The translations under genes were made by a program, and so were the position numbers. Below are positions 8,665 through 18,496 of a stretch of DNA of 64,000 nt, piece by piece. The stretch covers positions 832,001-896,000 of the forward strand of contig OZ253462.1 of NCBI GenBank assembly GCA_965261395.1. The letters run 5' to 3'. Each line of letters opens with the position of its first letter. Position 1 is the stretch's first letter. The notes below the pieces were generated by a model, which made no database searches, was not told where the DNA came from, and saw only the letters and a list, made by a program, of their open reading frames with translations. Source of the stretch: Candidatus Latescibacterota bacterium (GTDB taxonomy: Bacteria; Latescibacterota; UBA2968; UBA8231).

Positions 8665-9771
8665 ATGCAAGCATCCCAATATCCCACTCCACCCAGTCGC
8701 CTGCACGACCTCTTGCGCCCCGAAGTCCTAGCCGCCTTCGACCGCACCTTCTTTGAGCGGGAAGGCTATTGGGTCTGGGAGGGCGTCCTAACCGACGCCG
8801 GGCAACAGCGCTGGACGGCCAGCCTGCAAAAGCTACAACGGATGAACGACGCCGTTGTAGTAGATACCGATTGGGCCGCCATGGACTACGCGAGCCGTGG
8901 GTTGCCCAAACCGACACCGGAGCAGACGACTCCTGAGTTCCTGTCCGCCTGTTGCGGCGGATCGGAGCAGATGCGCTTTATGTCGTCGAAACTCCGCGCC
9001 TATATGTACGAACAGGGGCTTTTCGGACCTGGTTCCGCGCCGGTCTCCGCGGAATTCGAGTGGCAGGGGATGATGCCCGAATACTTTCCGCTCGCCTACG
9101 ACGATTTTATCCTCGACGCCACCACCAGCCACCCGCAGATGATGGAACTGTTCGGTCAGCTCCTCGGCGAGCGCTTCCTGATTGACCACTGCCTGATGCT
9201 CAACCGGCCTGCGGGATCGAGAGGGCGACGCTGGCACGCGCACCCGTATCGCCAAGGGCAGTACGAAAGCGAAAGCGCAATCGGCGACGGCCACGCGCTA
9301 ACCACCCAATTCCTAGCGCAGCAATGCGTCCGCACCCTGTGCTATCCCGAAGGGATGGGGATCGGCGACGGAGGCGGTGAGTTGGCCGTTATCCCCGGTT
9401 CCCACCTCTATCGCATTCCCTATCGGTGGAATTCCACGAGGCCCGAATACGACGACGAAATGCAGACCAACTGGATAGCGGGTAAAATCCACGCCTTTAC
9501 CGGCGAACCTTTGCGGATTGAGCGCTTGTCGCTGCCGCCCGGCAGCATGGTTTCCTTCGTTCACCATATGCCGCATCACGTCGGCCACCGCGACCCGGAT
9601 GCGCCCACTCGCTGGGGTCTGCTGATGGCCTACCGGACTCCCGACTCCAAAGCGAGTCCGGCCAAATGGAACGAAGGGACGCCCGCCCATTGGGCCGAGC
9701 GCATGGAAGCGGCGAGCAGGCTCACTCCTGCAATGCGCCGGATATTCGAAGGGGATCATTCTTTGGCTTAG
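8665..9771 (+). CDS. Divergent PhyH-like dioxygenase
   Basis: 'FFEREGYWV', 'GELAVIPGSH', 'PPGSMVSFVHHMPH'; ligand motif WHAH instead of WHxD. Confidence 0.7.
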   Translation: MQASQYPTPPSRLHDLLRPEVLAAFDRTFFEREGYWVWEGVLTDAGQQRWTASLQKLQRMNDAVVVDTDWAAMDYASRGLPKPTPEQTTPEFLSACCGGSEQMRFMSSKLRAYMYEQGLFGPGSAPVSAEFEWQGMMPEYFPLAYDDFILDATTSHPQMMELFGQLLGERFLIDHCLMLNRPAGSRGRRWHAHPYRQGQYESESAIGDGHALTTQFLAQQCVRTLCYPEGMGIGDGGGELAVIPGSHLYRIPYRWNSTRPEYDDEMQTNWIAGKIHAFTGEPLRIERLSLPPGSMVSFVHHMPHHVGHRDPDAPTRWGLLMAYRTPDSKASPAKWNEGTPAHWAERMEAASRLTPAMRRIFEGDHSLA

Positions 9772-9882
9772 GGGACGCCTTTATCCTTTAATCCGATGTT
9801 CAAGCTTATGGAGCTACGACTGGCGGCTCCCGTCTATAAAGTCCTATACTATCGCCATATCGCATCCACGAGGAGATACGCC

Positions 9883-11841
9883 ATGCTCGTTTCCCTACTC
9901 CTTGCCCTCGCCCTGCTCGCTCCACCGTTACTAGCCGATTCCACCAGCGAATGGCGTTCATACGGCGCGACAACGGCCAGCACCAAATACGCCCCTTTCG
10001 ACCAAATCGACGCCACCAATTTCGCTCAGTTAGAAATAGCTTGGACTTGGGCCTCAGCCGATCAGCCCATCCTCGACGCCCATCCAGAAATCTGGACCAT
10101 GGTCTTTGAGGGCACACCCCTCCAAGTCGGCGACAAACTCTACGTTAGCACCTCGCTCAACCTAGTCGTCGCCCTCGACGCCGCAAGCGGCAAAACAATC
10201 TGGACCTACGACCCAGGTACCTGGAGGTCGGGCACGCCAGCCAACGTCGGCCTAGTCCACCGCGGCGTCTCCTACTGGGAGGACGGCGACGACCGTCGCA
10301 TTGTCTTTGGCACCGGCGACGCCTATCTCATCGCCCTCAACGCCGACATCGGCCAACCCATCCAGAGCTTTGGCGACGGTGGCCGCGTCGATTTGACCAA
10401 GGGCCTGCGCCGACCGGTCGCACGCGAACTCTACGCGGTCACCTCGCCGCCGGTCATCTGCGGCGACATCGCTGTCGTCGGCGCGGTGGTTCTCGACGCC
10501 TTTGCCGTTGGTCGCCCGCCCGACGAGACCATGCCCCCAGGCGATGTGCGCGGCTTCGACGTGCGCACCGGCGCACAAACGTGGGTCTTTGAAACCATCC
10601 CACAGGAGGGGGCCTTCGGCAACGAGACTTGGGAAGACGGCTCGTGGAAAAATACCGGTAACACCAATGTCTGGACCCTGATGAGCGCCGATCCCGAATT
10701 GGGTTATGTCTATTTGCCGGTGAGCACCCCGACCAACGACTACTATGGCGGGCACCGCCCCGGCGACAATCTCTTCGCCGAGAGCCTCGTCTGCCTCGAC
10801 GCCGCTACGGGCGCGCGCGTCTGGCACTTTCAGACCACCCACCACGGGATGTGGGACTACGATCTGCCGGCTGCGCCCAACCTCGTCGATATCAAAGTCG
10901 GGGATCGGGAAATCAAGGCCGTGGCCCAAGTCACCAAACAGGGCTTCTGCTTCGTCTTTGATCGCCAAACGGGCGAGCCAATCTGGCCCATCGAGGAAAA
11001 ACCCGTACCGCAATCCGACATCCCCGGCGAAAAGTCCTCGCCTACCCAACCCATTCCCAGCAAGCCAGCCGCCTTCGAGCGCCAGGGCCTGACTGGGGAC
11101 GATTTGATCGACTTTACGCCAACCCTGCGCCAGATGGCCAGGACCATCGCGGCAGATTACAGCTACGGCCCGCTCTACATGGCGCAGACAATGGAGAGCA
11201 TGGATAAGAAGGGGACGATCCTCGTCCCCGGCATTATCGGCGGAGCGAGCTGGGCCGGTGCTGCGGTCAATCCCCATAAAGGCATAATCTACATTCCGTC
11301 CTATACGTTCCCGGCCGTGCTGACCCTGACCGAAGCCACCGACCCCAACGCCCCCTTCCGCTATACCGGCGGGGTAGAATTCGGCCCCGACGGCCCGCGT
11401 GGCCTGCCCTTGCTCAAGCCGCCTTACGGCCGGATCACCGCCATTGACCTCAACACCGGCGAGCATCGCTGGCAGGTCCCCGTGGGCGAGGGACCGCGCG
11501 ACCATCCCAGCCTTGCCCATCTCGACCTGCCGCCCTTGGGCTGGGCACAGCGCAACTTCCCCATCATCACCGAGAGCTTGCTCTTTGCCGCGACTCAGGC
11601 GCAGTGGGACGTAGTCAACAACTCGCCCCGAGGCAACGCCGTCGAGGTCAAGACCAAGACCAATGCACCCTATCTCTGGGCCTTCGACCCGGACGACGGC
11701 GCGCTGATCGGCAAAGTCGAGCTACCGCGCAACGCCTCGGGCCAGCCCATCACTTATATGGCCGGCGGCAAGCAATACATCGCCATCCCCACCGGTGGGG
11801 CCGACCAGCCAGCCGAGTTGGTGGCGCTGAGTCTGCCTTGA
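9883..11841 (+). CDS. PQQ-dependent (quinoprotein glucose-type) dehydrogenase
   Basis: Signal peptide; 'HRGVSYW', 'WHFQTTHHGMWDYDLPAAP', 'KPPYGRITAIDL', 'PITYMAGGKQYIAI'; AGGAG RBS. Confidence 0.9.
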   Translation: MLVSLLLALALLAPPLLADSTSEWRSYGATTASTKYAPFDQIDATNFAQLEIAWTWASADQPILDAHPEIWTMVFEGTPLQVGDKLYVSTSLNLVVALDAASGKTIWTYDPGTWRSGTPANVGLVHRGVSYWEDGDDRRIVFGTGDAYLIALNADIGQPIQSFGDGGRVDLTKGLRRPVARELYAVTSPPVICGDIAVVGAVVLDAFAVGRPPDETMPPGDVRGFDVRTGAQTWVFETIPQEGAFGNETWEDGSWKNTGNTNVWTLMSADPELGYVYLPVSTPTNDYYGGHRPGDNLFAESLVCLDAATGARVWHFQTTHHGMWDYDLPAAPNLVDIKVGDREIKAVAQVTKQGFCFVFDRQTGEPIWPIEEKPVPQSDIPGEKSSPTQPIPSKPAAFERQGLTGDDLIDFTPTLRQMARTIAADYSYGPLYMAQTMESMDKKGTILVPGIIGGASWAGAAVNPHKGIIYIPSYTFPAVLTLTEATDPNAPFRYTGGVEFGPDGPRGLPLLKPPYGRITAIDLNTGEHRWQVPVGEGPRDHPSLAHLDLPPLGWAQRNFPIITESLLFAATQAQWDVVNNSPRGNAVEVKTKTNAPYLWAFDPDDGALIGKVELPRNASGQPITYMAGGKQYIAIPTGGADQPAELVALSLP

Positions 11842-11859
11842 TAAGGAAGGACCGTGCGC

Positions 11860-11955
11860 ATGAATTCCCTCTTCCGCCTCGACGCCTCCTCTTCAGCCAA
11901 CCTAGAATTCTTCCACCAAGACGGATTCACCGCCATGCCTCGGGTATCCATTTGA
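11860..11955 (+). pseudogene. 5' stub of a PhyH paralog of 13282-14100
   Basis: MNSLFRLDASSSANLEFFHQDGFTAMPRVSI* versus MNSLFRQQAPSSADLDSFHQDGYIFYPDVL; AAGGA RBS upstream. Confidence 0.8.
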
Positions 11956-12004
11956 TAAGCACCAACCATCTCCGTCGTCGCTTTAGTACCCACCGTCCAT
12001 CTCA

Positions 12005-13285
12005 ATGAACTTTTTTCGCGGCTTCTCGCTCAAAATCACCTGTACCTTGCTGGTGTTTGCCTTGGGCTTTGCCAACTCGGTGCTGCTGGCCGGCCAACTA
12101 GGGAGGGAACAGTATGGCGTTCTAGCGGTATGGATCAACATCGTCATGCTGGGATCACTGCTCTTGGGGGACTGGCTCAACAAGGGGAACATCTACATAG
12201 TGGGGCGAGAGCGGGCGCGGGAGGCTGCGATCAATCACACCCTATTATACGGTCTCACGTTGGGTGCCCTCCTCTTGCTGAGTGCCCCTTTTAGCCTGAA
12301 GATCGCCAACCTTTTGCTTCCCGGCATTACCTTGGTCCAATGGGTCTTAGGCGTCGGCGTAATTGCGCTCACCGTGCTGCAAAACGCTGGACTTTCCATC
12401 CTTTTAGGCGAAGACCGACTCAAGCTCCACGCGCTACTACCCGTGATTTTTATCGTCGTCTATCTCGGCGGCAACCTAGTCCTTTTTCAGCTAGGGCACT
12501 TCCGCTTGGAATGGGTGATGGGGATCTGGATAGGAGCGGTAGGGGCAACGGCACTGGCGGCTTTGGTGCCTTTTCTGTACAACAGCGGGTTTCGCTTTAA
12601 GTGGGGAGGCCGATACTGGCTGGAGCAGATATTCCGAGTTGGCTCGCGTGGCGAGGTTTGCGCCGTGCTCATTTTCTTGATGCTCAAAAGCGACCTCTTT
12701 TTGATCCGCCACTTTTTGGGCGAGGAAGAAGTCGGCGTGTACAGGGTGGCGACGAACTTTACAGACATGGTGCAGCGCGTGCCCAACGTTGCTTCCCTCG
12801 TCCTCCTCGCCAAGATAGTGCGCGGCCAAGGCAGCACGCGGCTCTCCTTGAACATCGCACAGGGGGTATTTGCATTTGCTCTCCTTTCGGCTGTTGGCTT
12901 GGTCCTCGGCGGACGCCCGCTATTGAGCATTTTCTTCCCCTTGTATCCAGATGCCTACGCGCCTCTTGTTTGGCTGTTGCCCGGCATGTTGTTTTTGGGT
13001 TGCGGGGCCGTGTTCAACGCCAAGCTAATGGGCGAGGGCTACCCCTCCATAACCCTCTGGGCACCGGGCGTCGCGCTGGCGGCCAACTTGGCCCTGAACC
13101 TATTGTTGATCCCCAAGCTGGGCCTGCGCGGTGCCGCCCTATCTACTTCGCTGGCGTATGCGTTATGGGGCGTGCTGACGGCTTCTTATTTCCTTCGTCT
13201 AAACCGGCTGAGCTGGCGGGCTGTCTTCGCGCCGCCCTCTTTTGGGCGAGAGGAACCGTCGACGCTCTCAAAGGAATCGCCATGA
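12005..13285 (+). CDS. Wzx-like oligosaccharide flippase (MOP superfamily)
   Basis: About 12 hydrophobic segments; 'LGREQYG', 'KSDLFLIRHFLGEEEVGVY', 'LNLLLIPKLGLRGAALSTS'. Confidence 0.85.
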   Translation: MNFFRGFSLKITCTLLVFALGFANSVLLAGQLGREQYGVLAVWINIVMLGSLLLGDWLNKGNIYIVGRERAREAAINHTLLYGLTLGALLLLSAPFSLKIANLLLPGITLVQWVLGVGVIALTVLQNAGLSILLGEDRLKLHALLPVIFIVVYLGGNLVLFQLGHFRLEWVMGIWIGAVGATALAALVPFLYNSGFRFKWGGRYWLEQIFRVGSRGEVCAVLIFLMLKSDLFLIRHFLGEEEVGVYRVATNFTDMVQRVPNVASLVLLAKIVRGQGSTRLSLNIAQGVFAFALLSAVGLVLGGRPLLSIFFPLYPDAYAPLVWLLPGMLFLGCGAVFNAKLMGEGYPSITLWAPGVALAANLALNLLLIPKLGLRGAALSTSLAYALWGVLTASYFLRLNRLSWRAVFAPPSFGREEPSTLSKESP

Positions 13286-14100
13286 ACTCACTATTTCGCC
13301 AACAAGCTCCCTCCTCAGCCGACTTGGACTCCTTCCACCAAGACGGCTATATCTTCTACCCGGACGTACTCAAGGACGAGGCCCGGCGCAGCCTAACCAA
13401 CGAAATCCTCGGCCTCGACTCGGTGCGCCACTACCTCGACGCCTTGGACGAAAAGTCCGCCGCGCCCCAATCCTACTTCGTCCGCCCCTGGAACGACCGC
13501 GGCCCATGCGGCGACCACCTCATAGACGATCCCTTTGTCACCGCGCTGCTGCAAGCTACCATCGGCCCAAGCTACCACTTCTGCCACTCCGCTCTCAACC
13601 TTGCCCCGCGTGGCATAGGCCCCGTTCCCTACCACCAAGATCACCACCACTGGAAGCACGAAAACCCCATCAACCTCGCCGAGCGCGACAAGTACTACAT
13701 CCAAATTCTCTACTATCCCAATGGCTTCACACTCGGCGACCGCAACCTCAAGGTCATTCCCGGCAGCCACCTCGTCGCCCCGACCGCAGAGGCCACGCCT
13801 GAACGCATGCTGGCCGGGGCATACGACGCAGAGGCCGGGCGCGAGCTAAAAGAGATGCGGCTCGCAGTGCCTCCGGGCAGCATGGTCTATATCAACGCGC
13901 GGATTTTCCACGCCGTCGAAGCCAAACCCGCCGACTCCCCTCAGCCCTATCGCATCTTCAACATCGACATCTTCAAAGAAGCTGGGCCGCCGCATCGCTA
14001 TACTCAGGAGATCCCGCCCGAATGGATTGCACGCGCCAATCCCCAACGCAAAAGACTCTTTCTCCGCGAGCCTTATACGGAAGGATGTTGGACGGCCTGA
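13282..14100 (+). CDS. PhyH-family dioxygenase
   Basis: 'FHQDGY', 'YHQD', 'LKVIPGSH', 'PPGSMVYINARIFHAV'; ATGA overlap with the flippase stop. Confidence 0.85.
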   Translation: MNSLFRQQAPSSADLDSFHQDGYIFYPDVLKDEARRSLTNEILGLDSVRHYLDALDEKSAAPQSYFVRPWNDRGPCGDHLIDDPFVTALLQATIGPSYHFCHSALNLAPRGIGPVPYHQDHHHWKHENPINLAERDKYYIQILYYPNGFTLGDRNLKVIPGSHLVAPTAEATPERMLAGAYDAEAGRELKEMRLAVPPGSMVYINARIFHAVEAKPADSPQPYRIFNIDIFKEAGPPHRYTQEIPPEWIARANPQRKRLFLREPYTEGCWTA

Positions 14101-14209
14101 GCGTTTTTCGGCTAGGCATGGCAGCACTCGACTCAAGACATTACAATACCACCTTACACTGTCTGCGGCGCACAGGAGCAAGTGCCGTGTTCGCTATAGG
14201 AGCTTTACC

Positions 14210-15385
14210 ATGAGAGTAGCCGCCATCGCCACCATCTACCATCCCAAGTCGCATGCCGACGTCATTGCCACCAAGTTTATGAAGGGCATGTCCACGGACG
14301 AGGGCCTGATGCCCCCAGAAGTGGACCTAGTATCCTTGTACATCGACCATGTGCTGGAAAACGATATCGGCGTGGGCTTGGCCCAAGAGTATGGGGTCCC
14401 CATCTATCCCAGCATCCGCCGCGCCCTGCACGCTGGTGCCGACCGGCTCAATGTAGATGCGGTACTGCTCATCGGTGAGCACGGCGACTACCCCTGGAAC
14501 GAGCGGGGCCGCCACATGTACCCGCGCCGCTATTTCTTTGAGCAAATCGCTGGCGTCTTTGCCGAGAGCGGCCGCTCGGTGCCCGTATTTTCAGATAAGC
14601 ATTTAGCGTATGACTTTAGGGACGCCCAGTGGATGTGGGACCGGGCTGGAGAATTGGCCATCCCGCTGATGGCCGGGTCGTCGCTGCCCTTGGCTTGGCG
14701 CTCTCCTTGGCTGGAGCATCCCAAGGATGCGCCCATTGAGGAAGCGCTCTCCATCGGCTACGGCGGCATCGAGGCATATGGGTACCACGCTTTAGAAACT
14801 TTGCAGTGCATGGTCGAGCGGCGGCGCGGTGGCGAGCAGGGGGTGGGGTGGGTGCAGTGCCTCGAAGGGGACGACGTGTGGCGCGCCCGCGACGAGGGGC
14901 AGTGGTCTGGGGAGCTGGCCGAGGCCGCTTGCGCCGCCATTGCCAAAAAGCCGGATGGATCTATGGAGGAGCATTCCAAAGAGCCGGCCGTCTTCCTCAT
15001 AGAACACTGCGACGGCTTGCGCACGGCGACATTGATGCTCAACGGCTATGTCAGCGACTTCGCCTATGCCGCACGGACAGGAGGGCAGGTGCAGGCCACG
15101 GAGTTCTACTTGCAGAACGAGGGGCCGTTTGCCCACTTCGGCTATCTATGCCGCAACATCCAGCAGTTTTTCAAAACGGGCCAAGCCCCGTATCCGCCCG
15201 AGCGCACCTTGCTGACGACCGGGGTTATCGACGCGGCGATGAATTCGCGCTACGAAGGTCACCGCCGGGTCGAGACACCTTACCTAAACATCGCTTACCA
15301 GTCTTACGACCAGATGCCGCAACGGCCACAGGGGCCACGCCCTAGCGGTGCCTGCATCGATCCGCAGGCACCCGACATTCTGTAG
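14210..15385 (+). CDS. Conserved hypothetical protein, Gfo/Idh/MocA-like oxidoreductase fold
   Basis: 'VDAVLLIGEHGDYP', 'PVFSDKHL', 'LMAGSSLP', 'YGYHALE'; AGGAG RBS. Confidence 0.7.
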   Translation: MRVAAIATIYHPKSHADVIATKFMKGMSTDEGLMPPEVDLVSLYIDHVLENDIGVGLAQEYGVPIYPSIRRALHAGADRLNVDAVLLIGEHGDYPWNERGRHMYPRRYFFEQIAGVFAESGRSVPVFSDKHLAYDFRDAQWMWDRAGELAIPLMAGSSLPLAWRSPWLEHPKDAPIEEALSIGYGGIEAYGYHALETLQCMVERRRGGEQGVGWVQCLEGDDVWRARDEGQWSGELAEAACAAIAKKPDGSMEEHSKEPAVFLIEHCDGLRTATLMLNGYVSDFAYAARTGGQVQATEFYLQNEGPFAHFGYLCRNIQQFFKTGQAPYPPERTLLTTGVIDAAMNSRYEGHRRVETPYLNIAYQSYDQMPQRPQGPRPSGACIDPQAPDIL

Positions 15386-15388
15386 GAC

Positions 15389-15820
15389 TTAGTGTGCGCC
15401 GCGCCGGAAGAAGGCGTCGAGAGAGTAGCGTCCCGCGCCCGTTAGAAACAACGTGGCAAAGGGGGAAAAGTACAGCAGGGCGAATTCCTTTTTCGCCCAG
15501 GGGTCGTCCCCGTGTATGATAAGCGCGGCCACTAGCATGGTGACCATGAGCGGCACAGCAGCCCAGCGGGTGGCGAATCCCAAAATCACCGCTAGGGCAC
15601 AAAACGCTTCGGCACCCGTGGCCAAGGCCATGCTCAGCGATGAGCCGATGCCCAAGGGGTCGGGGAACGAGGAGGAGCGCTCCGCAAAACTGGTCAATTT
15701 ACCCCAGCCGTGGCCGAGCAACATCATACCGCCGACGGACACCCTCAACAGCAGCAGCCCCAGTGAATAGCCAATGCCGGCCGAGGGAGCCGGGCCGCAC
15801 AACAGTCTTCTTAGAATCAT
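15389..15820 (-). CDS. DoxX-family membrane protein
   Basis: 'LLLLRV..G.MML.HGWGKL', 'LGFATRWAA', 'GAGRYSLD'. Confidence 0.9.
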   Translation of the reverse strand: MILRRLLCGPAPSAGIGYSLGLLLLRVSVGGMMLLGHGWGKLTSFAERSSSFPDPLGIGSSLSMALATGAEAFCALAVILGFATRWAAVPLMVTMLVAALIIHGDDPWAKKEFALLYFSPFATLFLTGAGRYSLDAFFRRGAH

Positions 15821-15844
15821 ATTTTTTCCTTGGGTCAGCCAGTT

Positions 15845-16159
15845 TCAGTCCTTCAATTCGACGATAATATTCCGCCACGGCCCTTCGCCTGCGTTAAACG
15901 CCTCGTGCACCGCCTCCCCTTCGACCGCGTTGAACCGCACCTCCCCATCCTGCATATCCCTAGCCTCCCCGCGATTTCCCTCCGCATCGGCCGCCTGCAA
16001 CCGGCCGTCGCCAATAACTACATATAGGTAGTCGTGCTCGTGCCGATGCACTCCCGTGCTCTCGCCCGGTGCCAACCGCAGATCCCAAACCCGCACCCGT
16101 TCATTCTCAAAGAGCAACTGCGTTCCCACTTCTGGCGAAATGGTTTTGTTTGTTTTCAT
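15845..16159 (-). CDS. Cupin-domain protein
   Basis: 'LLFENERVRVW...LAPGESTGVHRHEHDY', 'HEAFN', 'IIVELK'. Confidence 0.85.
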   Translation of the reverse strand: MKTNKTISPEVGTQLLFENERVRVWDLRLAPGESTGVHRHEHDYLYVVIGDGRLQAADAEGNRGEARDMQDGEVRFNAVEGEAVHEAFNAGEGPWRNIIVELKD

Positions 16160-16341
16160 AATCCCCTCCTTCTGCGCCCAATGATATACTTAGGGGGACC
16201 CGCTCACAACCCCACTTGTGCTTGCCAAAGTCGCCACTACAAGGAGGGGCTTTCAGTACCTGCCATCCCGCGCCATCTTCATCAGGGATAGAATCGAAAC
16301 TCGTCGGGTTCTACATGGTCGCCTTAGCATAGGCTATCCGC

Positions 16342-16905
16342 ATGAGAATAGTCATACCAGCAATTTTTGCGCTCCTCTTTTTGGGGGGTGCCTCCAGCCG
16401 CAACATTACACCCGACGCCGTGACCCGGGCTACGATCTGGAATTCCCACGAGGGCGACCTCGATGTTCTAGGGGACGGCAAGATCCCCCAAGATGCCGGT
16501 GCCCTACCCTTCACTTGGAAGACCAAGGGGATTTTGGTATTTGCTTGGGAGGAGCCGCGGCAACTGGAAAAGTTGCGGATCTACGTCGGTGCCATCGGCA
16601 ACGACTATCAGGCTCGCGCCTATCTAGGCGGGCGCTTAGACGAGACCGGCACTCTGCGCGAACCCGAAGGGGTGCAAACCGCTCTGATCGAAGAGAATGC
16701 GCGGGCGGTGGACCAGTGGATCGAGATTTATTTTTCCCCCGACACTATGGCCGACAACCTTGAACTATGGACGCTGGGTCCTACGGTCTTCTACGAGGTG
16801 GAAATCCACGTGCACAGTCCAGACGCTACCGGAGTCGAGAAGTTGAGCTGGGGAAAAATCAAGACAGGGCAAGGATCACTTTCAGTTCTGCGCCAAATAC
16901 CGTAA
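16342..16905 (+). CDS. Secreted hypothetical protein with C-terminal 'TGVEKLSWGKIK' motif
   Basis: Hydrophobic N-terminal signal peptide; 187-aa ORF. Confidence 0.7.
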   Translation: MRIVIPAIFALLFLGGASSRNITPDAVTRATIWNSHEGDLDVLGDGKIPQDAGALPFTWKTKGILVFAWEEPRQLEKLRIYVGAIGNDYQARAYLGGRLDETGTLREPEGVQTALIEENARAVDQWIEIYFSPDTMADNLELWTLGPTVFYEVEIHVHSPDATGVEKLSWGKIKTGQGSLSVLRQIP

Positions 16906-16966
16906 CTATATAGCAATCCAGAATGACTTGAACGATTCGAGATGTGGATCATCTTGTGAATACTAT

Positions 16967-16996
16967 TCTGCGTCCATCTGCGTCCATCTGCGGATT
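16967..16996 (+). repeat. Intergenic ATCTGCG 10-bp-period repeat, copy 2 (3 units)
   Basis: tctgcgtcc-atctgcgtcc-atctgcggatt. Confidence 0.75.
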
Positions 16997-17014
16997 AATA
17001 CGGGAGAGTCCGTT

Positions 17015-18496
17015 ATGCCCCAAATGACAAAACGCAAACTTGCAATCTCGGCTTTGCTCCTGCTGATCGGAGCCTTGATCGGCTGGGACATCTACTCCCA
17101 CCAAGCGCAGACCTTCTTCGTTGGGACGGCAGGGTCGGTACAGCAAGCCCAAGAGCTTTTGCAGGTAGAAGGCCTACCCCTCCTGCGCCCCGGCACTCTC
17201 ACCTTGGGCGAGGGCAATCCGACCGTAGCGGTCGCCACTTCGAGCGACCCGGAACTGGCCGCACCGGCAGCCCTAAACGCCTCCCTGAGCTTCGCGCAGG
17301 TGGATGCTATCGTCCGCCGCGCTCTGGATCTAGACAAGTCGGAGCGCTCCATTCGCGCCGTCATCGAGCCGAGCGACTGGGTCGTGGTCAAAGTCAACAT
17401 TGTGACCAACAAAGGAAATCCCACCTCGGCATACTACCATAATGGCATTGAACACCCGGGCCAGATCACGGATTTGCGGGCGGTGAAGAGCGTGATTAAC
17501 TACCTCATTGAGCAGGTCGGACCGCGGCGCATCACCATTGCCGAGGGCGGAGCCGAATCTCCCCGCAAAGGCGAGCCAGGCTTTCCCACCAATGCAGAAG
17601 AAGATGGCTGGTCCGCAATCTATCCCGAGTTCGGCGATCTCTCGTACATCAAGATGCTAGAAGAGTTCGCCGCCATGGGGGTCTCTACCGTGGTGGACAC
17701 CTCCGACCTCAACTACGCTCCCTTCCGCCTTGAGCCGGTTCCGGGCGGAGCCATTCAGCGCTTGGGGGTGACGCGTCTCAGCTATCCGGGTGCCCAGTTC
17801 GGCTTCCACGTGGAGGGCACTGGCAGCTTCCGCAAGGAAGGTTACTTCATGCCCGAACCGATTCTAGACGCCGATAAAGTAATTTCCATCGCCGCCATGA
17901 AGACCACTATCTACGGCACCACCCTAGGCATCAAGAACTACGTCGGCACCCTAGCCTCGGGGGCGTACGGCGATGGCACCTCCAAGCGCCAGCACTACCA
18001 GAACAATCCCGAGCACGGCTACGTGGATCTGTTCTCCTACAACCCGGCGGCCTATACCGTCATCGAGGGATTCTGGGGAACTGAAGGCGACGGGCCGCAG
18101 TGGGGGCAGAACGTCCAGCACAACGTGGTGGTAGCCGGCGGCGATCCGTTGGCCACCGAAGCCGTGGCCAACGTGGTCATGGGCTTCAATCCACTCGACT
18201 TGGAGCATCTCTACCTAGCAGCGACCAAGGGCTTTGGCACCTTCGATCTAAACCGAGTCCGGGTGGAGGGACGTGCGCCCGATAGCGTGCAGCGCGACTT
18301 TGTCAAATCCCGTGGGGGCAGTCGGCAGGGCGCGTTCTACGGGCGCGGCATCCGGCGCTGGCTCGTCGCTGGGCCGTTTCCGAATAGCAGCGATATCGGT
18401 TCCGAGCCTCTGCCCAACGAAACCCAGCTATATCCCCGAGAGGGCGCGCCGGCCGGCGATGTGGTGTGGACACAGGTGGAGCACCTCGAGCCGTAG
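17015..18496 (+). CDS. DUF362-domain exported protein, probably C-terminally truncated
   Basis: 'VVVKVNIV', 'GQITDLRAVK', 'ITIAEGG', 'TLGIKNYVG', 'VVVAGGDPLATEAV...MGFNP'. Confidence 0.75.
   Translation: MPQMTKRKLAISALLLLIGALIGWDIYSHQAQTFFVGTAGSVQQAQELLQVEGLPLLRPGTLTLGEGNPTVAVATSSDPELAAPAALNASLSFAQVDAIVRRALDLDKSERSIRAVIEPSDWVVVKVNIVTNKGNPTSAYYHNGIEHPGQITDLRAVKSVINYLIEQVGPRRITIAEGGAESPRKGEPGFPTNAEEDGWSAIYPEFGDLSYIKMLEEFAAMGVSTVVDTSDLNYAPFRLEPVPGGAIQRLGVTRLSYPGAQFGFHVEGTGSFRKEGYFMPEPILDADKVISIAAMKTTIYGTTLGIKNYVGTLASGAYGDGTSKRQHYQNNPEHGYVDLFSYNPAAYTVIEGFWGTEGDGPQWGQNVQHNVVVAGGDPLATEAVANVVMGFNPLDLEHLYLAATKGFGTFDLNRVRVEGRAPDSVQRDFVKSRGGSRQGAFYGRGIRRWLVAGPFPNSSDIGSEPLPNETQLYPREGAPAGDVVWTQVEHLEP

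Noticed and set aside
10252-11520. Long antisense ORFs (also 3722-4864, 7817-8653, 55977-56870)
   Set aside because: Shadow frames of GC-rich genes with no recognisable motifs
12601-13281. N-terminal extension of the 499-aa ORF
   Set aside because: Overlaps the flippase in another frame; the real start is ATG 13282, supported by the ATGA overlap and the paralogous stub
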